Below are positions 1 to 10,100 of a DNA stretch of 64,000 nt, piece by piece. Position 1 is the stretch's first letter. Each line of letters opens with the position of its first letter. The notes beneath the pieces were generated by a model. It saw only the letters and a program-made list of their open reading frames with translations. It did not search any database and had not been told where the DNA came from. The stretch comes from Candidatus Multivorans sp. (GTDB lineage: Bacteria; Acidobacteriota; Thermoanaerobaculia; Multivoradales; Multivoraceae). Both the position numbers and the translations under genes were made by a program. The DNA lies in NCBI GenBank assembly GCA_965222875.1, contig CBDCVC010000002.1, positions 802,835-866,834 on the forward strand, given 5' to 3'.

Positions 1-988
1 CCGCGAGGCGTTTGAACCGCACGTTCGTGGGAACGGCCCACCCCGACGCGTAGATCACGGTCTGCGGCGTGGCGCCCGCGCGATGGGGAATGGGGGCGAT
101 CCCCAGGTCGAGATCGCCTTCGGCGGCGTACGCCCTGAGGCGAGGCAGTTGCCAGTGCCCCGACGCCTGCATGGCCTGGAGGCCCACGAAGAAGCGACCG
201 ACGGTCATCGGGTCGGCATCGCGCTGGTACTGAAACGGCGGCACCACCTCCCACTCCGTCACCAACGACGTGAGGAACTCGAACGCCTCGACGGTCTCCT
301 CCGAATCCAAATATCCCACCGTGCGGCGTCCATCCGGATCCATGATGTCGGCACCGGCCGACCACACCCAGGGTATCCATTCGTACAACTGTCGCGGGAA
401 GTTGATGCCGTAGACGTCGGTGCGTCCGTCGCCGTCGACGTCGCGCGTGAGTCGTCGCGCCACGGCGAGAAACTCCTCCCACGTCCACCCACGTTGGTCC
501 GGCTCCGCGATGGCTCGCTCGGCGAAGAGGCGGCGGTTGTAGTACACCACCATCGGCGTGAATCCCTTGGGAAACGCAAAGAGCCGATCGCCGTTCGCGA
601 ACACGTCGAGCACCTGGGGGAACACCGCATCGGGGTCGTACCCCACCCGTGCCGCATACGGCGCGAGGTCGAGCACCAACCCCCGGTCGACGAACGCGGG
701 AATATCGGACACGTCCAAGAGAAACACATCCGGCGGGGTTCCCGCCGCGATCGACGTGATGAGTTTCTCGCCGTAGTTGGTGACAATCGACTCTACGATG
801 ACCTGCACCCCCGGACGGCTCGCCGCAAACCGATCGGCGATACGCTGCTCCATCTCGATCTCGAGGTCGGCCGCCCAATTCATGACCCGGAGCGTGACGC
901 CGGATTCGTCACTGCCGGCGTGGCACCCCGTGCCCGCAACCACGGCCACGGCCCATGCCAACCGTCGCGCAGCTCCGTACGACTTCAT
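1..988 (-). CDS. ABC transporter extracellular solute-binding lipoprotein, sugar-type; 3' end runs off the window
   Basis: The minus strand translated by hand from ATG at 988 gives MKSYGAARRLAWAVAVVAGTGCHAGSDESGVTLRVMNWAADLEIEMEQRIADRFAASRPGVQVIVESIVTNYGEKLITSIAAGTPPDVFLLDVSDIPAFVDRGLVLDL... It has a lipobox (VAGTGC) and a family-1 SBP-like composition. Its start overlaps the stop of the upstream ATPase gene by 4 nt. It is absent from the supplied ORF track because it has no stop inside the window. Confidence 0.7.
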   Translation of the reverse strand, partial: MKSYGAARRLAWAVAVVAGTGCHAGSDESGVTLRVMNWAADLEIEMEQRIADRFAASRPGVQVIVESIVTNYGEKLITSIAAGTPPDVFLLDVSDIPAFVDRGLVLDLAPYAARVGYDPDAVFPQVLDVFANGDRLFAFPKGFTPMVVYYNRRLFAERAIAEPDQRGWTWEEFLAVARRLTRDVDGDGRTDVYGINFPRQLYEWIPWVWSAGADIMDPDGRRTVGYLDSEETVEAFEFLTSLVTEWEVVPPFQYQRDADPMTVGRFFVGLQAMQASGHWQLPRLRAYAAEGDLDLGIAPIPHRAGATPQTVIYASGWAVPTNVRFKRLA

Positions 989-2073
989 GACCCCTCCTCT
1001 CCCGCCGGCGCGAGTCGCGCACCGTCAGCGCCGGCGAAGAGGTGAAGCCAGCGCCGGTCCAGGCGGACACCGATCGTGTCCCCGGGAACACACGACACAT
1101 CGGGATCGACGCGAGCAACCCAGGGCCCTCCCTGGGGACCGCCGAAGTGCACAAGGACCTCGCTCCCCAGCGGTTCCAACCGGGCCACCGTCGTGCGGAA
1201 GTCCACGTTCTCGCCATCCGTCACGAGCCTCACGGCCTCGGGGCGAACGCCCAGCGTGGCGACGCCGGCATACTCCACCAACGGCAGGTCGAGCTCCAAG
1301 TCAGTTGTGCGAAACCGGCTGGCTGAGTCTTCGGCGGTGACGTCGCCACCGACGGTATTGATCGGAGGCATCCCGATGAATCCCGCCACGAAGAGATTCG
1401 CCGGACGCCGGTAGACGTCGAGGGGCGGCGCGTACTGCTGCAATCGTCCGTCGCGCATCACCGCGATGCGATGCCCCAGGGTCATGGCCTCGACCTGATC
1501 GTGCGTGACGAACACCATCGTCGTGCCGAGCTTTTGGTGGAGGCCGGCGATCTCGGTTCGCATCTCGAGGCGAAGGCGGGCGTCGAGATTGGAGAGGGGC
1601 TCGTCGAACAGAAACACGCGAGGTTCGCGCACGAGCGCCCGCCCCAACGCCACTCGCTGTCGCTGGCCGCCCGACAGCTCGCCCGGTCTCCGGTCGAGTA
1701 GCTCCTCGACGCCCAACACCGACGCCGCCCACTCCACCTTTTCACGCGCCTCCGCCGGCTGCGTCCGCCGCATGCGGAGCCCGAAGGCGAGATTGTCGTG
1801 GACGGTCATGTGGGGATAGAGCGCGTAGTTCTGGAACACCATCGCGACGTCGCGCGCGGCGGGTTCCACCTCGTTGACGACGCGACCGTCGATCCGCACC
1901 TCGCCGGCCGTTGGCTCTTCGAGGCCGGCGATCAACCGCAACGCCGTGGTTTTGCCACACCCCGACGGTCCAAGCAACACCACGAACTCTCCTCGATCGA
2001 CCTTCAGATCGAGGGGGCGGAGCGCGGCAACCGACCCGTATCGTTTCTCCAGACCAACGAGTTCGAGGCTCAT
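985..2073 (-). CDS. ABC transporter ATP-binding protein, MalK/UgpC-type
   Basis: Walker A GPSGCGKTT, Q-loop, signature LSGGQRQRVALGRAL, Walker B LFDEPLSNLDA, H-loop VTHDQ, and a C-terminal MalK-like regulatory domain. The probable start is the internal ATG giving MSLELVGLEKRYG at 2073, rather than the ORF-track start at 2130. Confidence 0.9.
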   Translation of the reverse strand: MSLELVGLEKRYGSVAALRPLDLKVDRGEFVVLLGPSGCGKTTALRLIAGLEEPTAGEVRIDGRVVNEVEPAARDVAMVFQNYALYPHMTVHDNLAFGLRMRRTQPAEAREKVEWAASVLGVEELLDRRPGELSGGQRQRVALGRALVREPRVFLFDEPLSNLDARLRLEMRTEIAGLHQKLGTTMVFVTHDQVEAMTLGHRIAVMRDGRLQQYAPPLDVYRRPANLFVAGFIGMPPINTVGGDVTAEDSASRFRTTDLELDLPLVEYAGVATLGVRPEAVRLVTDGENVDFRTTVARLEPLGSEVLVHFGGPQGGPWVARVDPDVSCVPGDTIGVRLDRRWLHLFAGADGARLAPAGEEGS

Positions 2074-2074
2074 C

Positions 2075-4306
2075 TCACGTATAACCGATCTCGACCGGCG
2101 TCCCGACCTCGGTCTCGTACCGGTCGCCATCGACCGTAGCGGTCACGCGCGAGCCCTTCCGCATCACGGTGACATCGTGACCTCGGACCACCGCGTGCTC
2201 GACCGTTACGTCGTCCAACTCCAACGTCAACGGATCGATTGCGATGCCATCCCGCCCAGGCACGATACCGGCGACGCCGCGGAGCAGGAGGTCGAGCACC
2301 CAACTGTGTTGGTAGTCGTCGATGCCGCGGTAGACCGACGCCTGACCGGTAAACGGATTGTAATGCTCGAAGCAGTTGGGCCGGTGGACGTCGCCATTGT
2401 CGAACATCATCTCCACAAACCGCACCAGCAATCGGCCGGCCACCGGACCAACCGCTCGACGACCGCGGCGCCATTGCCGCAACAAGCCGTCGATGACGTG
2501 GCTGTTGACCATCGGCCACACGCGCCCGTTCCACGGACAGTTGTGCCGCTTTCCCTTCCATAACGGTTGGCCGGCGAAATAGGCGTCATCGAGACTGGAC
2601 GACGGTATGGGATACGGCGATCCGAACTCCTCCGGATTCTCGAGGTGCGCCACCAGCGCGCGCACGTGCTCTTCTCCGACGAGATCGGTGAGCAGCGGAT
2701 AGAAACCCACGGCGGCCTTGGCGCCAGTGCGACGCATCGTACGGGGATCGACGTCGAAGAAGAAGCCGCACTCGTCGTCCCACAGATGCTCGAGGATCGC
2801 CGCGCCGATGCGATCCGCTGCTCCACGCCATTCCGCTGACTCGTCCCCCTTGCAGAGCCGGTCGGCCATCACCGCCAGCGTCTGCTTCAGTTGATACGTG
2901 TAGACGGTGACGTCCACGCCCTTCAGTCGCAAGCCTGATTCCCGACCGTCCATATCGGCACGGTCGTCCACCGCCTGGTATCGCGCCATGTACTCCTGGC
3001 CCGTCTCGTACTGGTTCACGACGTCGTACAGACATGAGGCTTCCCGATCTCGCGTCGTGTCCAACCATCGCGCATAACGCGACAGACCGCCATACGCCGT
3101 CTCCAAGAACTCCTCGTCATCGTGTACCGCATCCACCGCCAGCACAGCATCGCCCCAGTCGGCGTGATAGAAGTCCGTGTCTTCGAGGTGGTTGGTGTAC
3201 AGACGGCCGTGCAACGATCCATCCTGGCGTTGTGCGTCCAGGAAATTCAGCAGGGTGCCGTGGGCCACATCCGGCGTTCGGCTCCACCGCATCTCCCGCA
3301 TGTGACACTGGCCGCTGTACGTAATCGGAACGTGGAAATAGCCGATCCCTTCGGCGATCGCGGGGTGCCGTACGTTGCCCGCGTCGCCGTCCAGTCGGTT
3401 GAGCCGCAAACCGAACACACGGTAATCGTAGTATCGCGTCAGGTGCTGATTGGAACAGGTGAACCGAGGAAACCCGTCAAAGAACTCTACCCACGGTGAC
3501 CGCGGATCTCGATTGCCCTGAGCTGCCACCCGACCTTTCCGCGTCTCCGGCTCCAGCCGCAGCGCGAACGACACCTCACCGGCATCGGCCAGCGGAACGT
3601 CCAGCGCCACGTACACGACATCTCGCGTTTCCACACCGCCGAGGCATACCTCGCCAGCAAGCCCCGGCGGCGATTGCTCGCGCCACTCCTCCCAGAACGG
3701 GGTCAGACGCCACAGCGGATGCATGGCACTCGGCTCCGACCGGCGCGCCGACACGAGTGCCGCGGTTCCGGCGCCCGCCGCGGCGATCGTCGCCTGCACC
3801 TGTAACGGGTGCTCGTGCCGATCGATGAGCGTGCGGCCCCACGTCAGCACGTCGCGCGCGTCGTCGCGGCGCAGGTTTTGCACGGTCTCCCACGGTTGGA
3901 CGGAAAACGCTACGAGGTGCCAGTCGCGGAGTGACGACGGCCACTCCGTAGCACCCGCGGGTTCCCAATGCGACACGAACTCACCCCCCGGCAACGCAAA
4001 CCGACGCTCGATCAACTCGGCTCGCTGCGCGCGCCACTGCACGGTCAACCCATCTGGTCGCCAATCGAGCGGCCCACGCTCCAGGGCCGCCGCCTCTCCC
4101 GTAGGACCGACCAACGCGACGGTGAACAACGGCGCGAAGGGGTGATAGTAGACGAGCGCCTCATCCCAAAACCCCGGATGGCTTAGCCATTGGGGAAACG
4201 GCGGCGCCCACACGATACCGTCCCCGCACGAGAGGTACCACTTATCGCTCCGCGCGAGAGCGTCGAGTCGATCGCCGGTAGTGGGCGCCGTGACGCCCGC
4301 GGTCAT
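2075..4306 (-). CDS. Large alpha/alpha6 (six-hairpin) glycoside hydrolase, GH63/GH133 amylo-alpha-1,6-glucosidase-like
   Basis: 743 aa rich in W/Y/D/E (e.g. FYHADWGDAVLAV, NCPWNGRVWPMVNSHVIDGLL), typical of six-hairpin glycosidases. Its stop abuts the ATPase start, in line with a sugar-uptake operon. The family assignment is by resemblance only. Confidence 0.5.
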   Translation of the reverse strand: MTAGVTAPTTGDRLDALARSDKWYLSCGDGIVWAPPFPQWLSHPGFWDEALVYYHPFAPLFTVALVGPTGEAAALERGPLDWRPDGLTVQWRAQRAELIERRFALPGGEFVSHWEPAGATEWPSSLRDWHLVAFSVQPWETVQNLRRDDARDVLTWGRTLIDRHEHPLQVQATIAAAGAGTAALVSARRSEPSAMHPLWRLTPFWEEWREQSPPGLAGEVCLGGVETRDVVYVALDVPLADAGEVSFALRLEPETRKGRVAAQGNRDPRSPWVEFFDGFPRFTCSNQHLTRYYDYRVFGLRLNRLDGDAGNVRHPAIAEGIGYFHVPITYSGQCHMREMRWSRTPDVAHGTLLNFLDAQRQDGSLHGRLYTNHLEDTDFYHADWGDAVLAVDAVHDDEEFLETAYGGLSRYARWLDTTRDREASCLYDVVNQYETGQEYMARYQAVDDRADMDGRESGLRLKGVDVTVYTYQLKQTLAVMADRLCKGDESAEWRGAADRIGAAILEHLWDDECGFFFDVDPRTMRRTGAKAAVGFYPLLTDLVGEEHVRALVAHLENPEEFGSPYPIPSSSLDDAYFAGQPLWKGKRHNCPWNGRVWPMVNSHVIDGLLRQWRRGRRAVGPVAGRLLVRFVEMMFDNGDVHRPNCFEHYNPFTGQASVYRGIDDYQHSWVLDLLLRGVAGIVPGRDGIAIDPLTLELDDVTVEHAVVRGHDVTVMRKGSRVTATVDGDRYETEVGTPVEIGYT

Positions 4307-4738
4307 CGTTCCACCAGACCGTACCCCTCACGCATGGCCCCGTCGTAGTCCCCAATCAACCGCCACCAATTGGTCAGCGGCCGGCCGCCGTACGACAGTG
4401 TGTGACCGGCGCCCGGAATGTTTTGGGTCCAGTATCGGAACCAGCCCAGGCTCGTGCACCCCCACCGCTCGCAATTCGTCCGCTGCGTGGCGCCCATGCG
4501 GTCGGGACGCCAATCTTCGCAATCGCTCTCGACGAACCGCTGATTCGCCCAGTCGTAGTCTCGCTCGCCGTTCGGCGGAATGTGCGACCACCCACACCGC
4601 GGACTCACGATACGGTGCGAGATGTCACTTCCCACGAATTTGCCCCAGAACAACAGATCGCTCCAGGCATCGTCGGGCGTCGAATCGCGCCCGTCCGCGG
4701 CATTCATCACTGCCTCCAGCTGGTGCATATGGTTTTCG
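4303..4738 (-). pseudogene. C-terminal fragment of a lipoprotein gene disrupted by an ISL3 insertion
   Basis: The ORF 4303..4764 takes its first 9 codons from the IS end and the duplicated target. Once the IS is removed it is in frame with 6087..6676. ATGA overlap with the GH gene start. Confidence 0.6.
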
Positions 4739-6078
4739 GGCGCTTCAGGGTTGTGTGTGGGCATGAAGTGACTCCGGCGCGAGGTCGAGTCCGCCGAGAT
4801 GGAAGTAGATGGCGAGCCGGAAGTGTGCTCGGTTTCGATAGCCGTGCGCTTTTCGCTTGATCTCCTGGATCTTCGCGTTGATGCCTTCGGCGCGGGCGTT
4901 GGAGATGCTGGACACAGCAGCGTTGATGACGCTATCCCAGTGGTTCTTGATCATCTTCGCCACCTGCTTGATCGGTTCCAGGCGGCTGCGGACGGCCCAG
5001 TTGTACCAGCGCTTCCACCGCCGCTCGGCCCAGCCGCGGCGCACGTAGCCCCACGAGGAGCGCGCCATCTCCTTGATCGCCCAGGCGCGGGCCACGCGAA
5101 GATGACTCGCGCGAAGAGCGGCGAAACGCCGCTGCTGCGAACCCGTCATTCCCCCACGCTTCATCAACCACAGGTAGCGGCTCCGCTTCAGACGCGAATC
5201 CCCTGCTTCGAGCAGCTCCCGCTGCTCAGCACGGCGAACCAGGTCCACGGCGTGGTTCAGGTGCGCGACGATGTGGAACCTGTCGTGCACGATGTCCGCA
5301 TCCGTGTACTCCGCCACCGAGGAGATGTAGGCCGGCCACATGTCCATCGCCACCTGCTCGATACCCGCGCAGCTTTGCTCTCCCAACTCCTCGAAGTAGC
5401 CGTCGATGGCCGACCGACCACGACCGTCGGCCACATGGGTCACCACCCCGCGTTCCAGATCGTTGACTACCGTCACGTACTCGTGGCGCTTCCGAAACGA
5501 CGTCTCGTCCACCCCGATCACCCGAGGCGGCTTCAGCTCCCGCCGTGACAGACCCCGTTCCACGGCCCGGCGCTGAATCCCCGCCGCCTGATCCCAACTC
5601 AGGCCCAGACGGCGCGCCACCGCATGCACGCTCGCCTCACGCAGCCACTCGATGGCCTCCGCCTCGAACAGCGCCGTGAACCGCGAACCCGAGTCCGCCC
5701 AAGGCACCTTCAACTGGCGAATGCCGTGCTCGACGCAACGCACCCGAGGCACCTCCGCGTGAACCCGAGTCTGGTGCTGCATCGTGTCCAAGTGACGCCA
5801 ACGGCGATGCCGCCTGTCGTACCCCGGACACGGCAAACCGCACTCCGGACAGCGCGTCTCTCCACGATGCTCGACGTGGATCTCCACCGTGCCGCCAACC
5901 ACCGGACCCCGGCGACGCGGATGGCGCTCCTCCATGCGAAGCACCACCTCCCGCACACGCCACGGCGGCTTGACCCCCAACAGCCTCTCGAACGTCTTGG
6001 CACTCTTCATCCCGCCAGTCTATGGCCGATCGGCAGCCTCTCTCCCAGCTCCATGCCCACACAACAGCCTGAAGACCC
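4739..6078. mobile_element. ISL3-family insertion sequence, about 1340 bp, with an 8-bp target-site duplication
   Basis: Imperfect terminal inverted repeats: left 4739-4765 GGCGCTTCAGGGTTGTGTGTGGGCATG and right 6053-6078 CATGCCCACACAACAGCCTGAAGACCC (the reverse complement aligns with a few mismatches). A direct 8-bp duplication GGTTTTCG lies at 4731-4738 and 6079-6086, the TSD size expected for ISL3. Confidence 0.85.
4745..6010 (-). CDS. ISL3-family transposase (IS204/IS1001/IS1096/IS1165 type)
   Basis: 421 aa with an N-terminal Cys-rich zinc-finger region ([23 protein letters not shown]) and the conserved ISL3 DDE core (VIGVDETSF..., [24 protein letters not shown]). It lies between the IRs. 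Confidence 0.9.
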   Translation of the reverse strand: MKSAKTFERLLGVKPPWRVREVVLRMEERHPRRRGPVVGGTVEIHVEHRGETRCPECGLPCPGYDRRHRRWRHLDTMQHQTRVHAEVPRVRCVEHGIRQLKVPWADSGSRFTALFEAEAIEWLREASVHAVARRLGLSWDQAAGIQRRAVERGLSRRELKPPRVIGVDETSFRKRHEYVTVVNDLERGVVTHVADGRGRSAIDGYFEELGEQSCAGIEQVAMDMWPAYISSVAEYTDADIVHDRFHIVAHLNHAVDLVRRAEQRELLEAGDSRLKRSRYLWLMKRGGMTGSQQRRFAALRASHLRVARAWAIKEMARSSWGYVRRGWAERRWKRWYNWAVRSRLEPIKQVAKMIKNHWDSVINAAVSSISNARAEGINAKIQEIKRKAHGYRNRAHFRLAIYFHLGGLDLAPESLHAHTQP

Positions 6079-6086
6079 GGTTTTCG

Positions 6087-6676
6087 ATCGCTTCCGACAG
6101 ACCGCGCTGGTAGTTGTAATGGTACACCGTATAGGTACGGCTGGTCACCGGCAGGTCGAGGGTATCGCGATCGCTGTTGCTCACGTCCCCCCAGGGACCG
6201 GCCATGTTGGACTCCCACAGGTCGATGACGCCGCCGTGATAGCCCCAGATCCACACTTCCTTCACGCCCTCGTCCTCAACCCAGCCGGCGATGTCATGAG
6301 CGGCCGCGATCGCGCCATAGTCCGTCATCGGCACGTCGTGCCCGGGTTTGTCAAAGGTGGGCAGGGGTTCGAGCCGTTCCTCCGTGTGGACCACTTGGTA
6401 GCGCAGGCTGGGAGGTGCGGCCGAGTCGACATAGGCGCGATACCGCGATCCGTCCTCGAGCGCCACGACGAGCGCCGCGGTGAGAGAATCCGTCTTCCGG
6501 CGCGTGTCGGCGATGGACTCACCCCAGTCGCCGGTGACCGATCGATCGACCACGTCACCGTCGCTCGTGGGGAGATAGCGAACCACCACCACCGGGATCT
6601 CCCACGGCGGTCCGCTCGGGCGGTCTTGGTCGGGCGCCGCCGTGCAAGCCGCGAAGAGCATGGTGCACCCCACCAC
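6087..6676 (-). pseudogene. N-terminal fragment of the IS-disrupted lipoprotein gene
   Basis: Starts MVGCTMLFAACTAAPDQ... (signal/lipobox-like). The ORF runs through the TSD into the IS and stops at 6020. It is in frame with 4303..4738 after excision of 4739-6086. Confidence 0.6.
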
Positions 6677-7154
6677 CCGGAGGGCATCGTGCGAGCCGGG
6701 GCGGCGGAGTTGCGGACGATCGGCCTGACGTTGTGACGACAGAAGAAGACTCGCGACGGGGACGGGGCTACGTTACCCGGTGCAGAGTGGAGCCCGCAAC
6801 TCGTCTGACATTCCCCTTCATCTATCCAGCTCTCTTAACATGGCGTCCGCTCCCTTTCACCACGGGTGGAGCCAGGGTGTGCCCCTACACCTGAGGTGAA
6901 TCCCTACGAAGGAAGGAAGTAGAGCCTGAACCTCCAATCGGAACAGGAACTGCGCCGCACACGGCACGCGGCCGGCCGTTTACTGCTCTCCTCTAGCAGC
7001 CCGTGGTAGAAGTCCGTGTCGCACCGAGAGCGGTCAGGCGCCCGTCCGGCAAGGCGCGACGAGGGAGCATATCGGGCCATATTCGACCGAGGAGCAACGA
7101 TGGCGGGCGGGATGCATGGCCGCTCGAATGCAGCGCGACTTCTGCCACGGGCTG

Positions 7155-10100
7155 CTAGGTCGCGACCTTGGCTTCCGTATCACCAGCCGCCAGAGCATTC
7201 ATGTACGCCAGGATCAGGTTGTTGCTCCGGTAACCACCGAACTCCGCCTCGTCCTGCCGCCGGACGATCGGAAACGTTCCCATCACATACTCCGCATCCT
7301 CGCTGGACAGTCCGTAGAGCAGGAAGTACAGCGCGTCCAAACGGGCTCGCAGGTGCCGGCGCCCCTCCTCGTCCCAGGCGAACGGCGGTCCGTCGTACCC
7401 GAGGTCCTTGGCGAACGGCTCCATGTCGTGCGCCGTGTAGGTCAGACGGAGGACGTGATCGTGGACGATGTCCAGAGCAGTCTTGTTCCCGAACTGGCGC
7501 TCGTAGTCCCCGGCCGCGATGACCGGCAACTGCTCGACGATGAACCAGTTCAGATGCTGGCCTTGGACCTTCTGCCGGGCAACGAAGTCGAACACGAAGG
7601 AGTTTAGGTTGGCGGCGAGCAGCCACAGTGCCTCGGCGTCCGCCACAGTTGAGTCGGAGCCACTGGGCACAAGCAAGGGCAGCGTGTTACCTACGCCAGA
7701 GCGAGGCACGAGAGCCGCGATCATGGTGCGGACGTTCGTCGGCGCGGTAACGTCCTTGAAGGCGAGTGCCCAATCGAGACTCCCAGGCCAGTCCATGTCA
7801 TCGGCCGACACCCAGAACTGCGGAGCGGGCGACCAACTCGGATTGGCATGCTCCTCCAACGTCGCCTCTCGCGGCTGCGCCGGACGGTTCAGGTTCTCCG
7901 GGTTCAACACCACGCTCGCCGCTCGGTGGTCGAAAGCCTGGACCATCTTGCCTTCATACAGGGGCAGCCAGGCATCCTCACCTCGTTTCCATCTATTCCC
8001 AGCGACCGGATAGCAGCCGTCTGCTTCGAGTTCCGCAGCTGTCCGAAACAGGTGGGAGTCATTCGTCATGTGGAACATCGTCTTGTAGCGAACCGGCCAT
8101 GCGCGACGCTCACCACCGCTCGACCGGTCCACCAGCACCGGATGACGTTCGTAGATGCGCCTAGTGATCTCAGCGTCTCGCCGTGTGCGGAACACCGGCG
8201 CCGTGCCGGTGTTCGGATTGACCCGCGTGAAATCGGCCGGGCTCAGGGGGAAGCACCGTTCCGGGTCGCTCAGATCTCCTGCGCTATCCAGGAAGAACCC
8301 GCACGGAGTCTCCGCGAACGTCCGTTCGGCGCCGCCGAGAATCAGAGCGGAGAACTTGAAGCTCCGGTGGACATCCGGGAAGAACGGCGGCAGACCGGTC
8401 CCGAGCCGACGATTCTCGAAGTCGAACAAGCCCGCCACCCGGCCGCGGGTGGACATCGACTGGAAGAACGGCGCGGCCGTCTTGTCGGCGTAGATACCTG
8501 AAGGCACGAGCAGCCCCATCAGGCCGCCCGGCCTGAGCACGTTCAGCGTCCGCTCGACGAACAGCGAGTACAAGTTGATGTCGCCCCTGCCGAGCAACGG
8601 ATAGTCGCCTGAAGTCCGGAACAGCCTCAGGAGGCTGTCGGCGCGTTGCTTCGCTTCGTCGAACCCGGCGGCCAGCGGTTCGCCCCGGTCGCGGAGCTTC
8701 TTGATGCCCTTCCGCCGCAAAGCCGCGGTGGGAGCGCGGGCAAGCTCCGGGTCGCGGGTCCCGAACCACTCCACTTCCTGCAGTTTGATCCGGTCCCAGG
8801 GAGGATTGCCGATCACCGCATCGAACCCGCCCTCTGGGCTGCGCCGCTGCCAATGTCGCCAGACTCCCGGGAAGGCAACCTCCCAATGCAGGAAGGTCTC
8901 CCGTTCGGCCAGGGCGCGGGCATCGCGCCATAGCTCGACGAATCTCGAGAGGCCGGCGTCGTCCGAACTGGCCGATGTCGAATCGATGGCTCCCGGACCC
9001 TCTGCGAGGAGTGAATACGCCCTGGCCGGATAGGCGCCTATCACTTCGAGCAATCCACGCGTCTCGAACTCGTTGCGCTGCTTCTTCTTCATGCCCGCGG
9101 TCAGCCAGCGCAAGGCGCACAGGAAGTCGAGCACGCGGCGTAACTCGGAGGTCGCCTGGTCGACACCCTCGAAGAGCCTGGCCGACTCTCGCACCTCCGC
9201 CACGTCCGCGTCGGACATCTCCTCGATCAGCTCCATCCCGGCAACCGCGTTCTCGGCGCCCTGGATGGCGCTGGAAGCGATCAGCCCACCAAGGCGGCTG
9301 AGTTCGTCCGTTCCATCGCCGACCCTGAGTCCGACGAGAGAATCGCCGCACCGCAGATGATGATCCAGGAACGACAGCGGCGCACCGACGGTGAAGCTGT
9401 GCAGCCACAGCGACACCTTGGCCAGCTCCACCGTCAGGCGGTTCTTGTCCACGCCGTAGATACAGCGCTTGAGCACCATCCGCCGGATGATCGCCTGATC
9501 CGTGAGTTGCGCCTCGTCGATCACCCATTCCGACTCCGCGGCTCGCAGCAGGATGCCATGACGGATGGCCTCGATGCGCCGGACCAGTGGCGACTCGTAC
9601 GGCTCTTCCAGCCAGACCGGCACCGCCGGCACGTACTCGATGAGTTCCGCCACGAAGTCGGACAGGAAGTCCACGGCAGTGACCAGGAAGTGACCGCTTC
9701 CCATTGCCGGATCGAGCACCTTTAGACCCAGCACGGCCTCCGCCGGGTCAATCAGCGCCAACTCCGCCAAGCGCTCGTCCTTGGTCCTGCGGTCGCTCTT
9801 CAGTTCCTCGGCCTTCGCCTCGAAGGCGCGTAGCCGCTCTTCCGCCAGCGGCTTCAGCGACTGCTCGACGATCAGATCGACCAACTCCTGGGGCGTGTAG
9901 AAGCTGCCACTGTCCTTGCGGGCAAAGCGGTTGGGCCGGACCTTGACCGCGCCACTCGGCTCCCGAAAAGGCTCGCGCTCCAGGAGCCGCTCGTAGAGCG
10001 AACCAAGTTGTTGGACCGACATGTCACGGTAGTTGACGAACCGGGCCCGGCCATCGGCTCCTTCCCCTAGGTGGCTGAGTCCGAAGATGACCGGCGCGGT

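Noticed and set aside
83-1045. Long ORFs in the supplied track antisense to real genes (for example 83..1045 +, 5624..6736 +, 8284..9528 -, 12894..13943 -, 15744..16718 -, 21857..24271 -, 27429..28877 +, 31080..33218 -, 36853..38115 -, 45458..47380 +, 47441..49240 +, 49962..52907 +, 55442..57739 -)
   Set aside because: They are Arg/Pro/Gly-rich with low-complexity composition, as expected for open frames on the opposite strand of 70% GC coding DNA. In every case the other strand encodes a protein with recognisable family motifs.
6860-6930. Possible cobalamin riboswitch core (GGTG...GAATCCC...GAAGGAAGG)
   Set aside because: The similarity is only partial and there is no clear B12 box. The element is on the plus strand while the only adjacent operon is on the minus strand, so it could not act as a 5' leader.
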